Positions 1 through 12,600 are shown, counted from the stretch's first letter. The stretch: 64,000 bases of DNA from Callorhinchus milii (GCF_018977255.1 NW_024704742.1:75146001-75210000); one strand, 5' to 3'. A program made the numbers and translations. The notes: generated by a model from the sequence alone, not told the origin.

Positions 1-340
1 TAGTCAGAAGGGTATGGATTCAAGCCTCCACGGTGGGACTTTCAACTCACAATCTAGCCTATATGGTACTCCACTACTGTGGTGGGGGTATGCTGCCCAG
101 TTGTAGGACCTGTCTGGTCTGCCTGGTGAGGTGGACATTAAAGATTCCATGGCACTATTTCAAACGAAAGATTCTGGCCAACAATCCTCCAGATAAAATT
201 GGTCATTCATTTCATGGCTGTTTGTGGGACATTGATGTGTACAAATACACAGTCACTGCACTTTACAATAAATCCTGTGAAGTGCTTTGAGATATCCTCC
301 CTACATGAAAGGTGCTATGTCAAATGTAAGGATTAATTAT
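1..340 (+). mobile_element. Deu-type tRNA-derived SINE (SacSINE1-like), truncated by the window edge
   Basis: gtcagaagg..ttcaagcc head, ggtggacattaaagattccatggcactatt core and L2-like tail, as in the other copies. Confidence 0.75.
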
Positions 341-1389
341 TTCCATCTTTAATTCATGGAGACTGATAAGTGTATTTTATTGTCGGCCAGTGTTAGTCTG
401 ACCTTGATCATTTGTACCTGTGTGATTAGTGCATCCCACAAAATAAGCTCAGAAGGAGTGAAGCCAGAAGAAGGTGAAATTTGCAGTTCCTGAAAAAGGG
501 ACTACTGAGATGGCATCCGATAAAGATAGGCCAGACAATCGTAAACTTGTGACACTCATTATTTATGCTGTCATCAGTTTCATTACTATATCAGTTGTTA
601 ATTTTTTGTTTTCTCTCCCCTCATTCAAATACACGGCCTACTATTCTCTGCATTTGATACAGCACGTTTTACATGAGGAGGATGTCTTAAAGAGGATTCA
701 TTGTAAAGTGTAGTGATTGTGCTTTTATAGGTGAATGCAGCAGAATGTAAGTTCAGGTAATTTACAAAAGTCCTCCGCGCGCGTAGACAATTCCAAATTC
801 TTGCCAGGACCACTCTCCTAGTGCACGTTTTGTTGTAAAGTTAAGCGTAGGGACACTCACCCCAGTAATTGAGTTTTGCTGAGGGCATCAACACAGCTGC
901 AATGCATCAGTGGTGATCATTGAACTATGTAATGTTTTGAGGGATTTGGTCTATCTTATTCATTTTATTTATTTAAATTGTATTGTTATTCATTTTAAAC
1001 GTTAGGGAGGATTTTTTTACTTATTTTAAATATTGAGTAGGATTTACAGGTATTTATTTTATTACAATTATTTTAAATGCATTAACACTGGCCTGGAAAA
1101 TCCATCAGAAGGTCCAGATCTCTCCCCTCCCCCCACACCCCACCTTTAGTCTAGTTAGCCAGGGCTGAGTGTACTGCAGGTATCTGGGGTCCTAAGGTTG
1201 ACCTTGGGGATATCAAATTTTTAAATGCATTTTAGCTTGAAAAGTTTCCATTTGCTGCCACCTTGTGTAAGGAACATTGTAACATGGTAACGCAATAACA
1301 TAGGAACTGGAGGCCATTCAGGCCATTGAGCCTGTGCTGCCAATAACAAGTTGTGCCTAGCTCACAGTCTAAGATATAGCCCTGAGAAA

Positions 1390-2335
1390 GGATGACATCC
1401 AATTCTATCTTTTTGGCTCCACACTTGATTCAGGGACCACTGTTGTTCTGTCTGTATTGCCTATCAGATATCAAGTCCTGAATGAAACCTAACTTTCTCC
1501 AATTCAGTGTTGACAAGTTAAAGGCTCTCCTGCTTGGCTCCCATCAGCACCTTCCCACCTCAGAAGCTGACAGTATCAATCTACATGGATGTACACTTTA
1601 CCTCATGGAGCCAGTGTGGAACCTCTGTATCTTGTTCAATTCTCAACTGACCTTTAAAGCCCACATCTTTGCTGTGACTCATTCAGCTTTCCCCCACATC
1701 AGCAACATTGCCCTCCTTCACCACTACCTCTCCCCACAGGTGGCTGAGACCCTTATCGATGCATTCATCACATTCAGACTAGACTATGCCAACTCGCTGC
1801 TCACCAGATTTCCCAACTCTTCCCTCCACAAGGCGCAGACCATCCAAAACTGTACAGCTTGTGTCCTCTCCCACATTAGGCTCTGCAAAAATATCACACC
1901 CATTCTTCTTCGGCTCCACTGTCTCTCTAACCCCGCAGAAGGTCCTTGTCCTCACTTTGAAATCGTGTCATGCTCTTGCCACACCCTATCTCCATGACCT
2001 TCTTGGACAGCGCCTTGGGACATCCTCCCAACTTTATGGGACAGTGCTTTGGGACGTCCTCTGGATGTGAAAGGTGCTATACGATTGTAATTTTTTTTTG
2101 CTGTTGTTCTTAAATCCTACCAACCCGCCTGCTCCCTCTGCTCAATATATATTGGCCTGCTTCATATCTCCCACTCTGCCCACCCCACCATTGGTGGTTG
2201 GGCTTTCAGCCTATCTGCCCCTACTCTTTAGATACTCCATCCAGAGTTCCTTTGCCACACCTATTCCCTCGCCTCCTTCAATGCCTGTCTCAAGACCTTC
2301 CTCTTTGACTGCGCTTTCGGTCACAATGCATAAAC
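1390..2335 (+). mobile_element. L2 LINE 3' fragments (degenerate)
   Basis: ORF 1482-1997 contains NFLQFSVDK...ETLIDAFITFRLDYANSLL, the L2 ORF2 C-terminus; L2 tail near 2040-2100. Confidence 0.85.
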
Positions 2336-2539
2336 CATACCCAAATAGTTATTTTTGATTGTAGACAACATTTCTCTGGGTAAAGGTTTCTGTTCAAGTA
2401 TAAGACTGGATGTTTATCATCTGTTGACAAACTTGGCTCAGGGCATTGCCAGGTAATCTCATTCACAGTTTGAACTAAAACAGGTTCTGTACACAATGCC
2501 TACTTTAACCTCCTGTATCACTGCTCAGATTCTTCAGCA

Positions 2540-2855
2540 CAGATAATTGGGTTTGGTCACTTCTTACCAGTCAGGACAGTGAGAGGGACAGTGAAAGGGA
2601 CAATGATTTCAGAATAAAGTTCCTGAAATAGCCTGCTGTATTACAAACACCTGGGATAGAATGAGGAGGCAGAGGGAGCCCTGGTCACAGAGAAAGAGGA
2701 CATCATTTGTTACTTAGACAAATGCTGTCTCTGTGCTGTGGGCAGGGCAAAAAACAAACTGGAGGGGTTTGAGTAGGGAGTGGAGGGAGAGGTGTGAGCA
2801 AAATTGATTTGTAATGCATTCCAAAACTTTGGCCAGAATGGGCAGGTTTGAGAAA
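2540..2855 (-). mobile_element. L2 LINE RT fragment
   Basis: Minus strand reads SNLPILAKVLE...HSTETA...VTND-like, similar to the 42.3-42.5 kb copy. Confidence 0.65.
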
Positions 2856-3920
2856 CAACAGAGAGAGAGTGAGAGCGATACAACAGAGAGAGACTGATAT
2901 ATATATCAGAGCGACTGAGAGATAGATAACAGAGAGTGAGAAAGATATAACAGAGAGTGACTGAGCTATATATATATAACAGAGAGATATAACTGAGAAA
3001 GACAGAGAAATATATCAGAGAGAGAGAGACGGTGAGAAATGTATAACAGAGAGAATGAAACAGATATAAAAGAGAGAGACTAAGAAATATACAACAGAGA
3101 GAAACTGAGAGAAATACAGAAATACCAGAGAGAGACTGAGAGATATAACAGGGAGTGAGAGACTGAGAGAGATACAGCAGAGAGACTGAGAGATATAACA
3201 GGGAGTGAGAGACTGAGAGAGATACAGCAGAGAGACTGAGAGATATAACAAGGAGTGAGAGATTGAGAGAGATACAGCATAGAGACTGAGAGATATAACA
3301 GGGAGTGGGAGACTGAAAGAGATACAACAGAGAGATTCGGAGAAGTACAGCAGAGACTGAGACAAACAGACACAGAGATATACAGCAGAGAGAAACTGAG
3401 ATAGAACTACATTACACTGAGTGACTGAGAGAGATACAGTACATATGCAGAGAGATACAAATGGACAGCGAGAGAGAGATAAAACAGAGGGAACCCGAGA
3501 GACAGTGAGATACAGGGATGAGAAAGAGGGATACGATGAAAGATAGAGTGAAAGAGACTGTGCACAGAGAGAGAGAGAGATTGTGTATAGAGAGAGAGAG
3601 ACTGAGAGACATACTGTACATTGAAAGACTGAGGCACAGAGATTCGGGGACTGAGAGAAAGAGAGATAACACACAGAGAAAGATTAAACACAGAGAGAAA
3701 AGGAGATAGACACAGGGTGACACTGTGAGAAATACTGAGACACTGACAGACAGGTACTGAGAGATACACAGCGCAGACTTTGAGAGAGACTGAGGAGACA
3801 GATTGAGATACACACAGAGAAACATAGAGAGGGAGTGAGACCCAGAGAGAGGGCAATAGAGAGTTGGGCACAAAGGTACAGATTTATGTTTACAGAGAGA
3901 CTGTGTGGAGACAGAGAGAA
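2856..3920. repeat. GA-rich low-complexity tract with an embedded 4 x 50-bp tandem repeat (3131-3330)
   Basis: (GA)n-derived purine-rich sequence; unit agagactgagagatataacagggagtgagagactgagagagatacagcag starts at 3131, 3181, 3231 and 3281. Confidence 0.95.
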
Positions 3921-3959
3921 ACTGGGGTCGGTGTACAGACTGTGCACAGGGTGTGTGGG

Positions 3960-4145
3960 ACACACCTGCATTCATTCTCACATCACTTTACACAAGATTG
4001 TCGACTTTGGCAAATCTGGATAACGTGTGACTTGTGTTTAAACGTTGTGGGTAATGTGCAGTATATGTTCCTCGGCCCGACAGACTGAATGGAGGGGGAG
4101 ATAGCCTTGTGACACTGGCTCTGGCATTTTTCCGCCTGGTCAGAG
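3960..4145 (+). promoter_or_regulatory. Candidate first non-coding exon/promoter region
   Basis: Unique sequence ending in a consensus donor GAG|GTAAGT at 4146. The main exon has an acceptor, so an upstream exon is required. The start coordinate is a guess. Confidence 0.35.
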
Positions 4146-4195
4146 GTAAGTGATTTTGTTGGAATTAATCGCCATGGATTTGCTAGAAATCCAAG

Positions 4196-4643
4196 TAAGA
4201 CATGTTTTGTTGAGCTGCATGTTTAAGACATGTTTTGTTGAGCTGCATGTTTAAGACATGTTTTGTTGAGCTGCATGTTTAAGACGTGTTTTGTTGAGCT
4301 GCATGTTTAAGACATGTTTTGTTGAGCTGCATGTTTAAGACGTGTTTTGTTGAGCTGCATGTTTAAGACGTGTTTTGTTGAGCTGCATGTTTAAGACATG
4401 TTTTGTTGAGCTGCATGTTTAAGACGTGTTTTGTTGAGCTGCATGTTTAAGACGTGTTTTGTTGAGCTGCATGTTTAAGACATGTTTTGTTGAGCTGCAT
4501 GTTTAAGACATGTTTTGTTGAGCTGCATGTTTAAGACGTGTTTTGTTGAGCTGCATGTTTAAGACATGTTTTGTTGAGCTGCATGTTTAAGACATGTTTT
4601 GTTGAGCTGCATGTTTAAGACATGTTTTGTTGAGCTGCATGTT
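4196..4643. repeat. Minisatellite, 16 x 28 bp (TAAGAC[A/G]TGTTTTGTTGAGCTGCATGTT)
   Basis: Exact 28-bp period (catg at 4201 and at 4621); only one variable position, with 10 A copies and 6 G copies. Confidence 0.98.
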
Positions 4644-4813
4644 CCTCCTGCACAGCAGAGGCACTGCCAGAGTGTGCATTGGATACTCTCTGAAGCTCCC
4701 CAGCTCAGTGGACAGTCAGTCAGTGACCCTTTGATCTGCTGGCACTGACCTATCTGCTGACAGACCTTTTTACGGTGCCATGTCTGTCTGAAAAGCAAAG
4801 ACCTTCCTCACAG

Positions 4814-5076
4814 GTCAAAGCGAGGAGATAGATAGATATTCCCCGCCGGAGCAGGATGGATTTGCGGCTGTTATCTCGGCGCACTGTGGAGCGAGTCTTT
4901 ATCTGTCACCAGTTCTCCTCAGTCTATATCTATCTCAGTCTCTCTCAAAGTCTCCCTCCACACACTCGGCATCTCTTACAGTCTACACTAGGCATCTCTG
5001 TCACTGCAACAGCGTTATAGCCAGTCTCCGCCGCGCTGTATCAAAATGCAAGGATTATTGCAATGTAATGATTAAT
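4814..5076 (+). other. Candidate 5'UTR exon, locally CpG-enriched
   Basis: Acceptor-like ccttcctcacag ending 4813, donor-like AAT|GTAAGT at 5077, and several CpGs in an otherwise CpG-poor window. Confidence 0.3.
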
Positions 5077-5404
5077 GTAAGTTGTTACCGTCTGTATTTT
5101 ATTGCTGTCCATTGTATAGGGATGTGTTTACATTTGTAAGAAAGAAAGAAACAGCTTGTTGTTTGTTATGCCGTACACTCCTGATGTATCCTCAAAGGGA
5201 AAAGAGCTTCAGTGGCAATTCAGAGTGACAATGTGGCCATGAGGTCTCTGGGGCCACTGGGGGTGCTGTGGCCAGGAGGACCCAGCCAACACACTGGCCT
5301 CTGCCTGTGCAGAGCCAGCAGCTGTCAATGTGACAGAGCAGCCCTGACCCCCACAACTGTTATTTGTTAAAACTCGGTTAAGTACAGTGTAAGTTTTCGA
5401 CACT

Positions 5405-6118
5405 CAGCTATCCTTCAAACCCCACACTCATGCCATGACTCGCTCCACCTTTTCCCGCCTCTGCAACATTGCCCACTTCTGCCCCAGCCTCTCAACACAG
5501 GCCACCGAGACCCTGATCCACATTTTCATTACGTCCCGGCTTGAGTACAACAGCTGCCCACTCACTGGACTTCCCAACTCTTCCCTCCACAAGCTGCAGA
5601 TTATTCAGAACTCTGCACCTTGTGTCCTCTCCCACACCAGACTCTGTGAACCAATCATCCCCGTTCTTTATGGCTTTCCATCCCTCAAGAGAATCGAGTA
5701 CAAAACCCTTGTTCTCACCTTCAAAGCCCTCCAAGTCTTGATCTCCCTGACCTCTCCGACCTTCTAACCCCACATCAGCCTGTCCGCTCCCTCCGTTCGG
5801 CAGACACCGGCCTGCTTCAGGTCCCCCGCACTTCCCGCCCCACCATTGGCGGTTGGGCATTCAGCATCTCTTCCCCACACCCTGGAACTATATCCTGCAA
5901 TCGCCCCGTCTCACCACCCACCCCTCCTCCCTCCTCCTTCAAGTCCCATCTGAAGATCTTCCTCTTTAACTGTGCCTTCCGCCACCTTCCCACCCCCACC
6001 CCCTGCCCTCCACCTCAACTGCCAGCTTGGGTCCAAAAAACTCTGACTGTCCAGCTCCCTGGGACGTCTTTCCAATATGAAGAGTGCTATGCAAGTGTCA
6101 TTTGTTGTTGTTGTTGTC
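5405..6118 (+). mobile_element. L2 LINE 3' fragment
   Basis: ETLIHIFITSRLEYN..LQIIQNSA..RIEYKTLVLTFKAL; ends in a (TTG)n tail. Confidence 0.88.
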
Positions 6119-6489
6119 AGGCCATTTTTTAAGGAACTTTCCCTAGTGGGGACATCCTGGGGACGTCACATATTGTTAACTGCCATGTTCCAATAACTGT
6201 AGCCAGTCTGTTGAGGACTCGCTACAGACACAACACCACCACTGCCTGAATGGTGACTGCTTGGTGACTGCCGACAAAACCATTGAAGATCCACCAAACA
6301 CCAGCATTGCTCACCATGCTCGACAGTGCCCTGATTGCAGGTCTCCATGAAATGTCTACCTCGCGCCTCTCGGGCCTACCATGGCACACAGATACCCAGA
6401 GAGACACACGCACTCACACACAGAGTCACACATATTCACAAACAGAGTACCATGTACAGACAATCTCACAGAGGTATGAGGCCGTAGTC

Positions 6490-6920
6490 ACAACAACAAT
6501 ACAATTACATTTGTAAAGCGCCTTTCACGTCGGGAGGATGTCCCAAGGCACTGGACAGACTTACGGACGCAAGCTGGGGGTCAGGGTCAGGGAGAATGGA
6601 GGGCAGGGAGGGCTTTGAAGGTGAGGACCAGGATCTTGAACTGTATCCTCTGTGTGATGGGAAGCCAGCGGAGTCAGGTGAGGTTGGGGGTAAGAGGATC
6701 ACAGAGCCTGGTGCAAGAGAAGACGCAGGCTGAAGAGTTCTGGATAACCTGCAGCCTATGGAGGGAGGAGTTGCGGAGACTGACAAGAATTAGTTTGCAT
6801 AGTGTAATGAAAGCACATATGACGGTTTTGGCGCCTGCGGTATGAGACAGTGGTGGAGCCGAGTGATGTTGTGAAGACTGGGGAAAGCAGAGCAGGTCAT
6901 GGTGCAGATGTGGGTAGAAA
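6490..6920 (-). mobile_element. L2 LINE 3' fragment
   Basis: Reverse complement of the L2 tail (caacaacaatacaattacatttgtaaagcgcc) plus ORF2 C-terminal sequence. Confidence 0.85.
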
Positions 6921-7294
6921 GCTCCCTAGGAGTGAAGCCCGTTTCCTGCCCGTGCCACTGCCGCCATCCCAACACCTCCCATAACGTGATTTTCTATTGG
7001 CCCAGCCTATTGCTTTTGCGCATGCGCAAAAGCACTAAAGCACTTTGACCTCTAGAGAAATCTCATTCTCTCCGGAGGTCAGAAGGTTACCACAGCTGTG
7101 CTGGACTCCCATTGCCCCCAGCATTGTGACTCCCTCTTTTTTGGGGCTCCTCAACATCCGGGGTCCTGTGCTGCAGCAACTAAAGATCATTGTCTGAAGT
7201 TTAAAATTTTACACCCTTAACCTTTGGATCTTCCTCCCTTTACACTTCCATCTTGACACCTCTCTGTCTTCAAAAACCTACTTCTTCAATGATA

Positions 7295-7727
7295 ATAATA
7301 ATCCTTACATTTGGTATAGCGCCTTTCACATCGGGGGAATGACCCAAGGCGCCTCATAGGATTTACTGTGAAGTGGATTGTATTTTGTGGGCAAATGTGG
7401 CAGTCAATTTACACACAACAATGTCCCACAAATAGCTATGAAGTGAATGTCCAATTTTATTTTGAGGGGGAATTGTTGTCTCGGATACCGGGAGAAACTC
7501 TATTGTCTTTTCGAATAGTGCCATGGGATCTTTAATGTCCACCTGAAGAGGCAGATGGGACCTCAGTTTAACGTTTAATCTGAAGGACACCACCTCTAAC
7601 AATGCAACACATCATTAGCGTTGCATTGAAGGGTCAACCTAGACTATGTGAGTTCAAGTCCCAAGGCGGAGTTGTAACCTACTTCTGACTCAGAGGCAAG
7701 AGTACTACCACTGAGCCAAGCTGACAC
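7295..7727 (-). mobile_element. Deu-type SINE (SacSINE1-like), near full length
   Basis: Minus strand: tgtcagcttggctcagtggtagtactcttgcctctgagtcagaag tRNA-like head, Deu core, (TAT)n tail. Confidence 0.85.
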
Positions 7728-10689
7728 ACAATGGTTACTGCGCAGTGTCAGAGTCCATCACTGTAAAGTTCTCCAAGACCTGATCCTATGAGAAGAGCAC
7801 TATCCTATACCCATTATGTTGCTTTCCAGAAGCACAACCAATGGTGAAAACCTGCAGCATTGTGGAATAACGGGCACTCTATCCCTAATTTGCACTCTGC
7901 GAAGCAAGGAGGGGAGGAAATAAATAGTGTTGGATCCACAATAACCAAGCAGATTTTTGTTTTTAATCAAAGTTATTTTTGGTATATTTTGAGAAATTGA
8001 TTTGCTGGAGTAATGAGTTGGGTTGTGCTCTGAGATTGAGGAGTTTTTGAATGTTATTGGTCAAAACACTTCTCATTTTATTTAACTCATGTAAGTTCTG
8101 GGCTATTTTTTCTGGATTGAAAACACGATTGTTTATTCTTTATTCATGCTTAATCACTCTGCAAATAAATAAACAAACAATATTTATGAATCATTCCATT
8201 CTGGAGCCAACCTTGATGTAAGTAGTTTCACCAGGAGACTGACTGCAGGGTAAATGCAAGCAGAGCAAATGTTGTGAAGCGAATTAGTCAGATTCTGCTG
8301 AGCTCTGCTCAACTCCTGGGGAGAGCAATTGGGAGTAGGAAATATAAATCCTGTTTCCCACTCTGATTCACTCTGCTGCTTGAACTGCTACTTGCTTCCA
8401 GCAGGATGAACTAAGCATTAGAAATTTAATGAATCTCCCAAAACAGTTCTCCAGAACAGTTCCAGCTTGCATTGCTCTCCAAATGAAAGGCAGTATTCCT
8501 ACTCTTATTTTAATACCAGATTCCTGCTGCTCTCTTTACTATAAGGCAAACTGTATGCAATAGTGGTAAGTGTCCAGCCAGAGGACTGGTTAGCATTAAA
8601 TTTCTATGTAAAATACACTCTGCTCATTGAAAAGAGATTGAGGGTCAGCATTTTCACATTGACCGTAGAAACTGTAAATGTGTTGGGAATCAATATTATC
8701 ATATTTTACCCAAAGAGTAATATTGTCATGTAGGCTTTAATACATTTTTTGTAGTTTACACAGACTGTTGTTCATTATGTTACTGAAACCTATGTTTCAG
8801 CTTAGGTGCAAAAAGAACAAAATTCATATAGTCCTACTTCTTTAAGAACTGGTTGAATTCAACTCTTGGGTTCATTGCTCTCAGCAGGAATTAATGAGAA
8901 ATGGGCAGGAAGAGAACATTTTATTTAGAATTCAATTAATTCTGTAGATAATTTCTGCATTTCCTAAAATTCATCTGTTCTCTATTTACAGAACAGTTCC
9001 AGCTTACAGTGCCCTCCAAATGAAAAGGCAGTGTTCCTACTCTTATTTTAATACAACATTCCTGTTGCTCTCAATGATTTTCAGATGCCACACTATCACT
9101 ATCACTAACTGAAGAATCTTAAAAGTATGATACTTCTAATCACTTTTGTTTTCTTCTCCATGTTTAATAGGTCATAGATTCAACTTGAAAATCTGCAGTA
9201 TAGATAGATTAACAGAATCAATTCAGTGGAACACATATGGCTTCAAACCAAGAAAATATTTTAAAGTTTGAATTCAGAGATTAAAAAGTTCCCTGATGGT
9301 CTATTGAATAATAAATATAACTTACCAAATGGGCAGTGCTAGGGAAATTGGATCATTGTAAATATAGATTTATACACTAACTTGCTACTCCACTTATCTC
9401 CCTTTAATAATCTTAGTGTACAAATCAGATATATTTTTTATTTGATCCAGTATGTACAAGCACATTTTAGAACCTAAAGTCTTTAAATGCCATAAATAAA
9501 GGAGACCTTTTCAACAAGGAAACAATCCTTGACAATTACATTCTTTATGTCAATTTATTGTTCAAAAGACAACAAGAAATGAAATCCTTTTTTCATGGTG
9601 TGCAGAGAGCTGAAACATGGTGCAAGTAGACAAGAGAATAAATCAGTTTAGTAATGGAATCCAGGTGCTATTGTGAACAAGCTACAGTAAACTTACCCAA
9701 AACATTGTAATATGAAAGGCGGTGGTGGGTGGTAACTTTATGGTATAAAATATCAGAAATGTACCAGGTGTTTTGAAACCACTATATTGCTAGAAAATGT
9801 ATTCCATTTGAATTTGTGCTGTGAGGTACTCACATTATATTTGGGTCATTCCCATTACCACTGGAACTGCTGATATTCTATTTCACTGAGGTCATGGTAC
9901 TTGAGACCTTTATGGCAAGCAGCTTTTTATAACAAAAACAAAGTAGTGGAAATAAATAGTTTTGAAAATGTTGTATGAGAATTTTCTGATCCAGAGTTGA
10001 GGGAATAATGGTAATGGTTGTATAACCTGTGCCAAAAGTGCTGAAAATTTTGTGCAATGTTGTGAATAGCCCAGGGAATGTGTGCGCTTTGCATAACCAA
10101 GTGTGAGTGTTTGTCGAAAGGAAATGAAGAATGGTAAGATTTGTAGAAATAAAAGAAAGAACCGCACAATGTGGAAGCCTGAAATGAATTGAGAGCAGAA
10201 ACACTAGAAATATCTGCAAGTGTGATAGGATAATGTCTGTGGTGAAGGGTCCTGGCCAAAATGTCAACCAATTAAACTATTCCAGATGCTGATTGAGCTG
10301 CTGCTGATTTTCAGCATTTCTAATCCAGTTTGAGAGTAACATTATTGAAGAACAGCTGTATTTTATCTCTGTTCCTGTGATCTGCGTTAAAGTTAATGCT
10401 TAATAAAAATATAAGCGTTTAAGTTCAGATTTTAGTTACTAACTTTAACCCCCCCCCTCCACCCAATTGCTGAAGAAGTACTCACAGCACTACAGGGCAT
10501 GAGCCATATGGCTTGATTATAGTTAACCCTGCATTTATAACCCCATGAATATCCTCCTATTTAGCAATGGCAACAGCTGTCAAAAACATGGCACCATGGC
10601 TTTGATACATATGTTTCAGTGGCAACAGTGCTTCATTTTAAGTTCCATTGCACAGAGAACATCAGACATATAATCTATGATCATACACA

Positions 10690-11480
10690 TGGTACTGGGA
10701 ATGAAGGTTTAGTTATGGGGATAGACTTGATCAATTGAGACATTTTTCACTGGAACATCGATGATTAAGAGAGAATTTAATAGCGCTCTTTAGAGTTTGT
10801 AAATGTTTCGAGAGGATAAGTAGTTTACCAGTTAGAAAATTGGTAATGAAGATAACTCACATTTGTCACTGGAGAAATCAAAGGGAGCTGAGATTTTTTC
10901 ATGCAGAGGGTTATTAAAACATAATAAAAATATTCCTTGCATTTGATATAGCGCCTTACCATGTCTTCAAGATGTCTCAAAGTGCTTCACAGAATACACT
11001 TTAAAGTGAATTGACTGTATATTTTGTGGGCGAAACAAGGCAGTCAATTGGGCAAAGCAGTGTCCCTGTTTAGTCGTGGATTGAGTGACCAAATTATAAT
11101 TTTTTTTAATTTTGAAGGGGTTATTACCCCCAGAAAAGCGATCTGCCAATCAACTAAAAACCAAGTTGCTACTTACTGCTAGGTAAACAGTGGCATATTG
11201 GGTAAGGGAACTTGCCCATCATTTCACCCTGCTCGGGAATCAAATCCAGGTCTCTCGCTTGCGAGGCGAGTGCTCTAACAACTAAACTTCAGGACTCCAA
11301 CATGGAATCTGTCAGAAGAGGCTATTGAGACTGAGACCATAACAACGTTTAAAACGGGATTTGGATAAACATTTGAAAAGGAATATAAATAGGTTTGGGG
11401 AAAAACCAGGGAACTGGAATTAGAATAAATAGCTCCAGGAAATCAGTTAGCACCAGTTTAGTATTGATGGGCTACATTTA
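10690..11480 (+). mobile_element. CR1 LINE 3' fragment interrupted by a SINE
   Basis: Degenerate GMKGLVMG..FSLE..R.RENLI CR1 C-terminus that resumes after 11299. Confidence 0.65.
10923..11298 (-). mobile_element. Meta-type tRNA-derived SINE (SINE2-1_CM-like), full length
   Basis: Minus strand: gagtcctgaagtttagtgttagagcactcgcctcgcaagcgagagacctggatttgattccc head, tgggcaagttccc..ctgtttacctagcagtaagtag core, shared L2-like tail; aacat on both flanks. Confidence 0.85.
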
Positions 11481-11579
11481 TCTTTTTCTTTTATTTCTGA
11501 TAATAATCTTTGCATTTAATATAGCACTTTATCACTTCGAAACATCCCAAAATGATTCATAGTTTTCTGTAAGCTGTAG

Positions 11580-12600
11580 TGATTGTGTTGACTATCATTA
11601 ATTAACTTATGTTTTTCCAAGTGATGATTAATTTTGTCCCCGATTATGGTCTCTAGAAGTCTCCCCACCACCGATGTTAGGCTGACTGGCCTGTAGTTAT
11701 CAGGTTTATCCCTCTCCCCTTTTTTGAACAGGGGTGTAACGTTTGCAACACTCCAGTCCTCAGGCATCACTCCCATATCCAAGGACGATTGAAAGACTGT
11801 GGCCAGAGCCTCTGCTATTTCCAACCTAATTTCCCTCAGCAACCTAGGATGCATCCCATCCGGACCAGGTGACTTTTCTACTTTGAGCACAAGTAAACTT
11901 TTCAGTACCTCCTCTCTATCTATTTTTATCTTATCCAATTTCTCTACCCCCCTCCTCCTTTACTGTGACATTAGCAGCATCCTCTTTTGTGAAGACAGAT
12001 GCAAAGTATTCATTCAATACCTCAGCCATGCCCTCTGCCTCCACAATAAGTTTTCCTTTTTGGTCCCTAATCAGCCCCACCCTTCCTTTGACCATCGTTC
12101 TACTCTTTATATGTTTATAGGAGACCTTTTATGTTCCCTGCTAATCTTTTCTCATATGCTCTCTTTGCCCCTCTTATTTCCTTTTTTAGTTCTCCTCTGC
12201 ACTTTCTGTATTCTGTATGATTCTCCAGTGTATTTTGAATCTGACATTTATAGTAAGTCTCCTTTTTCTGTTTCATTTTAATCCCAATTTCCTTAGTCTC
12301 TGAAAGTAGCCATCATCCAGTTGGGTATCTTCACCTTTGTTGTTCCTTATCCCTTTCCATAAGTACTCTAAACCTGGTGATATTGTGATCATGGTTATCC
12401 AGATGCTCTCCCACTGTAACCCACTCTGCTTGCCCCACTTCATTCCCCAGGACTAGATCCAGCACTGCTTCCTTCCTCGTTGGTCTGGAAACATACTGAT
12501 CATGAAAGCTCTCCTGTACACATTTTAGGAATTCTACCCACTCCGTGCCCTTTACACTGTTTTCTTCCCAGTCTATGTTAGGATAATTAAAGTGATACAA
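11580..12600 (-). mobile_element. CR1 LINE ORF2 fragment (endonuclease end to RT start), disrupted
   Basis: FNYPNIDWE...FLKCVQESFHDQYVSRPTRKEAVLDLVL and KSPGPDGMHPRLLRE...NVTPLFKKG...NYRPVSLTSVVG. Confidence 0.93.

Noticed and set aside
1253..1269. CTCF-like motif (tgctgccaccttgtgt)
   Set aside because: Single imperfect match; not supportable without ChIP or conservation data.
2710..3981. Long overlapping S/L/C/V-rich ORFs
   Set aside because: Translations of the GA-rich simple repeat; open in several frames.
4196..4643. CRISPR-like array
   Set aside because: Head-to-tail 28-bp units with no unique spacers, no cas genes, and a vertebrate context.
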